64,000 nucleotides of DNA from an uncultured Acidobacteriota bacterium (lineage in GTDB: Bacteria > Acidobacteriota > UBA6911). Below are positions 59,824 through 64,000 of this stretch, in pieces. How positions within the stretch are numbered: position 1 is the stretch's first letter; each line of letters begins with the position of its first letter. The position numbers and the translations under genes are program-made. The notes under the pieces were generated by a model. It ran no database searches, had not been told where the DNA came from, and saw nothing but the letters and a program-made list of their open reading frames with translations. The DNA is taken from positions 128,001-192,000 of the forward strand of contig CAWHCF010000026.1 in NCBI GenBank assembly GCA_963827655.1. Reading direction: 5' to 3'.

Positions 59824-61386
59824 CTACGGCAGCTTGAGGAATTGCGGCAGGCTTTCCGCAACGCTCCCGATCGCGCGCGCCAGACTGAGCTTCGCTACGT
59901 TGTGGGCAAATACGCTGTTGATGTAGTCCAGCTCCGCGGTCGCCACTGACTCCTGGGATTGCACGACTTCAACCGAGTCGGTTACACCGGCCTCGAACCG
60001 TTGGCGCGTCAGGTCGAGGGTTTCTCCCGTAACCTGTTGGTTCATCGTGGCCACTTCCACCTGGCTGGCTGCCGCCTCGAGGTCCAGAAAGGCCCCACGC
60101 ACCTCGCTCTCGACCCGCCCGCGAAGGTCTTCAAGCTCCGCTTGCCGCTGCGCCAGCGCGGCCTCCGCCTGTTCGATGTCGGCGTCGATGCGACCCCCTT
60201 GCCAGATCGGGAAGCGGAGTGTGGCGACGACGGAAAATGTGCCGTGCGACTGGGCCGGGTTGGTTCCGATGACGCCGTAATCGGCGTTCAATGATAGCGA
60301 GGGAAGGCGTTGGGCGCGAGCGGCCGAGCGTACCCGGTCGGCGGCTCGAACCTGCGCTTCAGCGGCTTTCAGGTCCGAACGCTGCTCGAAGGCGCGATTC
60401 AGCGCTTCTTCAAGACCGAGCAGAGCTGCAGCGGCGAACGGCACATTGTCTGACGTGTCGTATTGATCATTCGGAGGCAGACCGGTCAGCCGCGCCAGAT
60501 TGATCTTCTGTTTGGCAAGATCATTCTTTAGCGAAACCAGCCGCTGCTGTTGCGTTTGCGCCTGGACCTGACTTCGATTCACGTCGATCTGCGCCACCAG
60601 ACCCACGCTGCGCCGTTGTGAGGTCTGTTGATAAAGAGTATTGGCGGTCTCGAGCTGGGCGCGTGCCGATTCCACTCTCGCTTTGGCCGCAATCAGCTGA
60701 AGATAAGCGCCGCCGACGGCAAGGACAACAAGATCCCGCGCATCCTGTACCGAGAGTTCGTTGGCGCGCAAGGTTTCGTCGGCCGAACGATAGTTGTGCC
60801 AGGCCGTGAGATCGACCAGGGTCTGCGAGAGCGTGGCCCGGAGGTCAAAGTAATTGAAGGGACCGACAATAGTCGGCACCGAGAGGCCCGGAATGGAGGA
60901 CCCGATTGGAACTCCCAGCGCCTTCAGATTGATCTGCTGCACGGTTTCGCTTAGCCTGCCGTTGAGGTTCGGCAGCAAGGCGCTTCGAGCCGCCTTGCTT
61001 TGACCGCGCGCCTGGCGCACCGCCTGGGTCAGGCCGACCGTGCCGAGGTTGTGCTCGAGCCCGCGCTGGACGGCTTCGCGCAGCGATAGCCGGCCCGAGA
61101 ATGGAATTCTGCCGGTGCTTCCAACACTTCCGGCATAAGGACCCTGCACCTGGATCGCGGGGTTGATGGTGTTGACACTGGTGGTTGTCCCGGGCACCGG
61201 CGATTGCGTGGCGGTGACCGACCCGCCCTGGAGGCTTCGGCCCGAAAGCGGAAGCTGATTTGCGTGGGCGCCTTCCGATTGACTGCCTGCTGATCCAGGC
61301 TGAGCGAATGTAGTATGCGCGATCGTGAATGTCAGGATCGCAACGAGTCCGCTGATCCGAAGTGCTGCTTTTGCCCGTCTTCTCAT
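59824..61386 (-). CDS. TolC-family outer-membrane efflux protein
   Basis: Signal peptide, LSLREAVQRGLEHNL, two OEP repeats. Confidence 0.88.
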   Translation of the reverse strand: MRRRAKAALRISGLVAILTFTIAHTTFAQPGSAGSQSEGAHANQLPLSGRSLQGGSVTATQSPVPGTTTSVNTINPAIQVQGPYAGSVGSTGRIPFSGRLSLREAVQRGLEHNLGTVGLTQAVRQARGQSKAARSALLPNLNGRLSETVQQINLKALGVPIGSSIPGLSVPTIVGPFNYFDLRATLSQTLVDLTAWHNYRSADETLRANELSVQDARDLVVLAVGGAYLQLIAAKARVESARAQLETANTLYQQTSQRRSVGLVAQIDVNRSQVQAQTQQQRLVSLKNDLAKQKINLARLTGLPPNDQYDTSDNVPFAAAALLGLEEALNRAFEQRSDLKAAEAQVRAADRVRSAARAQRLPSLSLNADYGVIGTNPAQSHGTFSVVATLRFPIWQGGRIDADIEQAEAALAQRQAELEDLRGRVESEVRGAFLDLEAAASQVEVATMNQQVTGETLDLTRQRFEAGVTDSVEVVQSQESVATAELDYINSVFAHNVAKLSLARAIGSVAESLPQFLKLP

Positions 61387-61415
61387 TGGTTTTGAACCAT
61401 ACCTTTCCGCCTGGT

Positions 61416-62582
61416 CTAGCTGAGCTGTTTTCGGAAGCGCCACACGCTCAATGAGAAAAGAACGAGCGTAAAAGCGAGTAGAGCCAGGAAATTGGGCCAC
61501 AGGGCCGCGAGCCCGCTTCCTTTGAGCATGCTCGCGCGCACAATGGTCGCGAAATGATGAATCGGGTTGAGGATCGTGAGAGGCTGCAACCACGCGGGCA
61601 TCGCCTCTACCGGATTAAGGGCTCCTGACAATGAGGCCATCGGAGGATTCACGAAGAAACTCGTCAGTATTGCCTGCTGCGCCGATTTGCTGAATGTGGC
61701 GATGACTGTGCCGAGGCCGATGCCTGACAGGACGCACAGAGCCGCGCCGCACAGCACGAGCATCAGGCTGCCATGAAAGGGGACTCTGAAGGCGACCACG
61801 ATGACTCCGACTGCGAAGAGCGCCATCAGAGACAGCAGGATAAATAACGGCGCGATCTTGGCTATGATGATTTCGGATGTGCCGGCCGGTGACATGAGCA
61901 GCTGTTCGATCGTCCCGGCCTCGCGCTCTTTGACCATCGCCCCGGATGCGACCAGCGAGCTGTTCAGGATCAAGAGCAGGCCGAAGACGCCCGTCACGAT
62001 AAACCACGAGTCGACCAGACCGGGGTTATACAGGAAGGCGGGGCGCAGCAGCACCTGACCGCGCCGGCTCGCGCCCGGCGCCGCGGTCTGCTGAAGACCG
62101 GCATGAACTCCTTCTGCGCGAAGAGCATGGTTGTACGTCTGGATCACACCTTCCGCATAACCCTGACTGATCGCGGCCGTATTCGCGTTCATTGCGTTCA
62201 AGAGAAACTGCACCGTTGCCGGGCGTCCGCGCTGCAGATCGCGGGCATAGTCGTACGGAATCGCAACCCCGGCGTCGAGATCGCCCCGGCTGATCGCATC
62301 ACCGAGCCGATCGGCGGAAGCGTAGTAACCGGTCAAGCGAAAACTCTTGCTCTCGCTCAGCGCTGCGACCAGCTCTCGGCTCTCGGGCGTCCTGCTGCCG
62401 TCGACGACGCCGAGCCGGACGTTCGATACCTCCGCGCTCAAGGCGAAGCCGAAGAGCAACAGCTGGAGCGTGGGCGGGAGAATCAGAGAAACCGCGAGGC
62501 GCCGGTCGCGCCGGATCTGATTGAACTCTTTTCGAATCAAGGCCCGGACGCGGTAGTTGAAGAGTCGTTGTAACAGTCTCAT
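61416..62582 (-). CDS. ABC-2 exporter permease (YbhR-like)
   Basis: ALIRKEFNQIRRDRR, YNPGL, KEREAGTIEQLLMSP. Confidence 0.9.
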   Translation of the reverse strand: MRLLQRLFNYRVRALIRKEFNQIRRDRRLAVSLILPPTLQLLLFGFALSAEVSNVRLGVVDGSRTPESRELVAALSESKSFRLTGYYASADRLGDAISRGDLDAGVAIPYDYARDLQRGRPATVQFLLNAMNANTAAISQGYAEGVIQTYNHALRAEGVHAGLQQTAAPGASRRGQVLLRPAFLYNPGLVDSWFIVTGVFGLLLILNSSLVASGAMVKEREAGTIEQLLMSPAGTSEIIIAKIAPLFILLSLMALFAVGVIVVAFRVPFHGSLMLVLCGAALCVLSGIGLGTVIATFSKSAQQAILTSFFVNPPMASLSGALNPVEAMPAWLQPLTILNPIHHFATIVRASMLKGSGLAALWPNFLALLAFTLVLFSLSVWRFRKQLS

Positions 62583-62585
62583 CGT

Positions 62586-63691
62586 TCATGCCTTGAGCTG
62601 CATGCGCCGCATGCTGCGCCACGCCAGCGTGTAGAAGATCGCTCCGATCAAACCAACGATCAGGACCTGGAACCAGGTTGCCGGCCAGCCGCCGCCCTGC
62701 AACAGGGCATCGCGCACGATTTCGATGTAGTACTTGCCCCAGATGAAGTGGGAGAGCCAGCGCAACCCGGCCGGAATGTTCTCGACCGGAAAAATCAAAC
62801 CGGAAAGGAGGAACACGAGCAGGAATCCCCCCAGGGCAACGGCCTGCATGGCGGCCGCCTGATTGGGAATGGCGGCCCCGACCATGGTTCCGAACGAAGC
62901 CACGCAGAATGTGTACAGGAGAGTAGCCACGATGAAAGGAACCGGGTCGCCCGCCAGACTGAGGCCGAAGTACGTAAACAGCAGCGCGAGCATGAGCAGG
63001 CATTCCGAGAGCGCCACAGCCATGAAGGCAAAGATTTTTCCCAGCAGGAATTCGTGAGCCGAGATGCTCGAGACGTAGACCTGAAGAATCGTTTTCTGCT
63101 CGCCCTCTTTCGACATGGCGAGCGAGGCCAGCAGAGGCGGAAACATCGACATGGCGAGAACGAAAATTCCCGGACCGTAGAATTTCTTGGATGAACGCCC
63201 CGGGTTGTACCAGAGCCGGATCGCCGCCTGGACCGGTTCAGGCACGCCCCACCTGCCGTGCGCTGGTTGTGCGCCCGCGCGATCTGGCTGGCATAGCCGG
63301 AAATCAGCTTGGCTGTGTTTGCGTCGGAGGCGTCTACCAGCACCTGGACCGGTGAGTCGACGCCGCGCGCGACATCTCGTCCAAAGTGCGCAGGTATGAT
63401 GAGCGCGGCGCGCGCGGTATTGGAGGCGAAAGCCTCTTCGGGTTGTTGATCCGCCGTCCAGGGCACGACGTGAAACGTGATCGAGGCGCGGAAGGAGTCT
63501 ATCAACTCGTGCGAAGCCGGCGAATCGTCAAAATCCTGCACGATGATGGGAAGGCGGTTCACCGTCAGCGAGATCGCGTTCCCCATCAGCATGAGCAGAA
63601 CCAGCGGAAGTCCCAGGGCCAGGGCGAGCGTGCGCCAATCCCTGACGATCTGGGTCAGTTCTTTGCGTGTCTGCGCGAGGATTCGTCTCAT
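62586..63691 (-). CDS. ABC-2 exporter permease (YbhS-like); frameshift near 63245
   Basis: MRRILAQTRKELTQIVRD, WYNPG, LSGLIFPVENIP. Confidence 0.88.
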
Positions 63692-63745
63692 TGCCCCATT
63701 TCCTGGCGCCGGCTCATGACGGAGAGGCCGGACATATTTCACCGG

Positions 63746-63784
63746 TAGGCCCGTAGGGCCGACAGAGCGTAGCCCCGGCCGTAA
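63746..63784 (+). repeat. REP-like remnant, related to 23303-23333
   Basis: AGGCCCGTAGGGCCGACAGAGCGTAGCCCC vs AGGCCCGAAGGCCCGGCAGTGAATTTGCCCC. Confidence 0.45.
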
Positions 63785-63796
63785 GAACGTGCCTCA

Positions 63797-63953
63797 TGTG
63801 GCGACGGGTCATCAGACCCGTCGCAAGTAGCGTGATCGGGCGGATTTAGCCTTAAAACGTTCTTTCGTGCCATTAGGGGGCCGGACGGGCTTGATAGCCC
63901 GTCCGCACTTGGATCGGGTCGTTTTGCGACAGCCTCTGATGACCCGCGCCACA
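63797..63953. mobile_element. ~125-bp MITE (copy 2) nested in the centre of a palindrome
   Basis: Outer arms TGTGGCGACGGGTCATCAGA / TCTGATGACCCGCGCCACA; inner ends GTCGCAAG / TTTGCGAC; interior matches 23723-23847. Confidence 0.75.
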
Positions 63954-64000
63954 GACCTCAATCCTCAACTTCACACTCTTCTCCCACGGGCGGAACTATT

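Noticed and set aside
25138-63691. Programmed frameshifting or true pseudogenes in ntrY, CoA ligase, oxidoreductase, ADOP permease and ABC permease
   Set aside because: Scattered single indels in otherwise intact genes fit long-read assembly error better; cannot be resolved without reads.
1-64000. tRNA or rRNA genes
   Set aside because: None recognised by eye; tRNAscan-SE and barrnap were not run.

Overview
GC-rich bacterial window, most consistent with Acidobacteriota (PadR plus duplicated-orphan ABC permeases, Oar-like TonB-dependent receptor, FG-GAP proteins, trmFO-xerC). Positions 1-17.4 kb are a nested mobile-element and gene-scrap region. It holds a truncated resolvase, an rve-integrase element, two IS91-like transposase halves each abutted by a three-gene large-serine-recombinase (LSR) element (one decayed, one intact), and a vanadium-haloperoxidase-family locus remodelled by a ~250-bp repeat. 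Positions 17.4-64 kb are mostly core genes (ntrYX-like pair, TolC, trmFO, xerC, selenocysteine formate dehydrogenase fdnGHI-fdhE, proS, aromatic CoA ligase, TBDR, ABC exporter). These are interleaved with toxin-antitoxin modules, degenerate integron attC sites and several dense families of short intergenic repeats. Best leads: (1) LSR elements whose first ORF is open to the element's left end and may be completed only on the excised circle; (2) a 9-bp-periodic repeat family (about a dozen copies) at gene junctions, some bracketing whole genes as inverted pairs; (3) a mirror-symmetric BrnTA/attC arrangement around an APC permease. All calls are by eye from motifs; no database searches were run. 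Many single frameshifts in core genes may be assembly errors.
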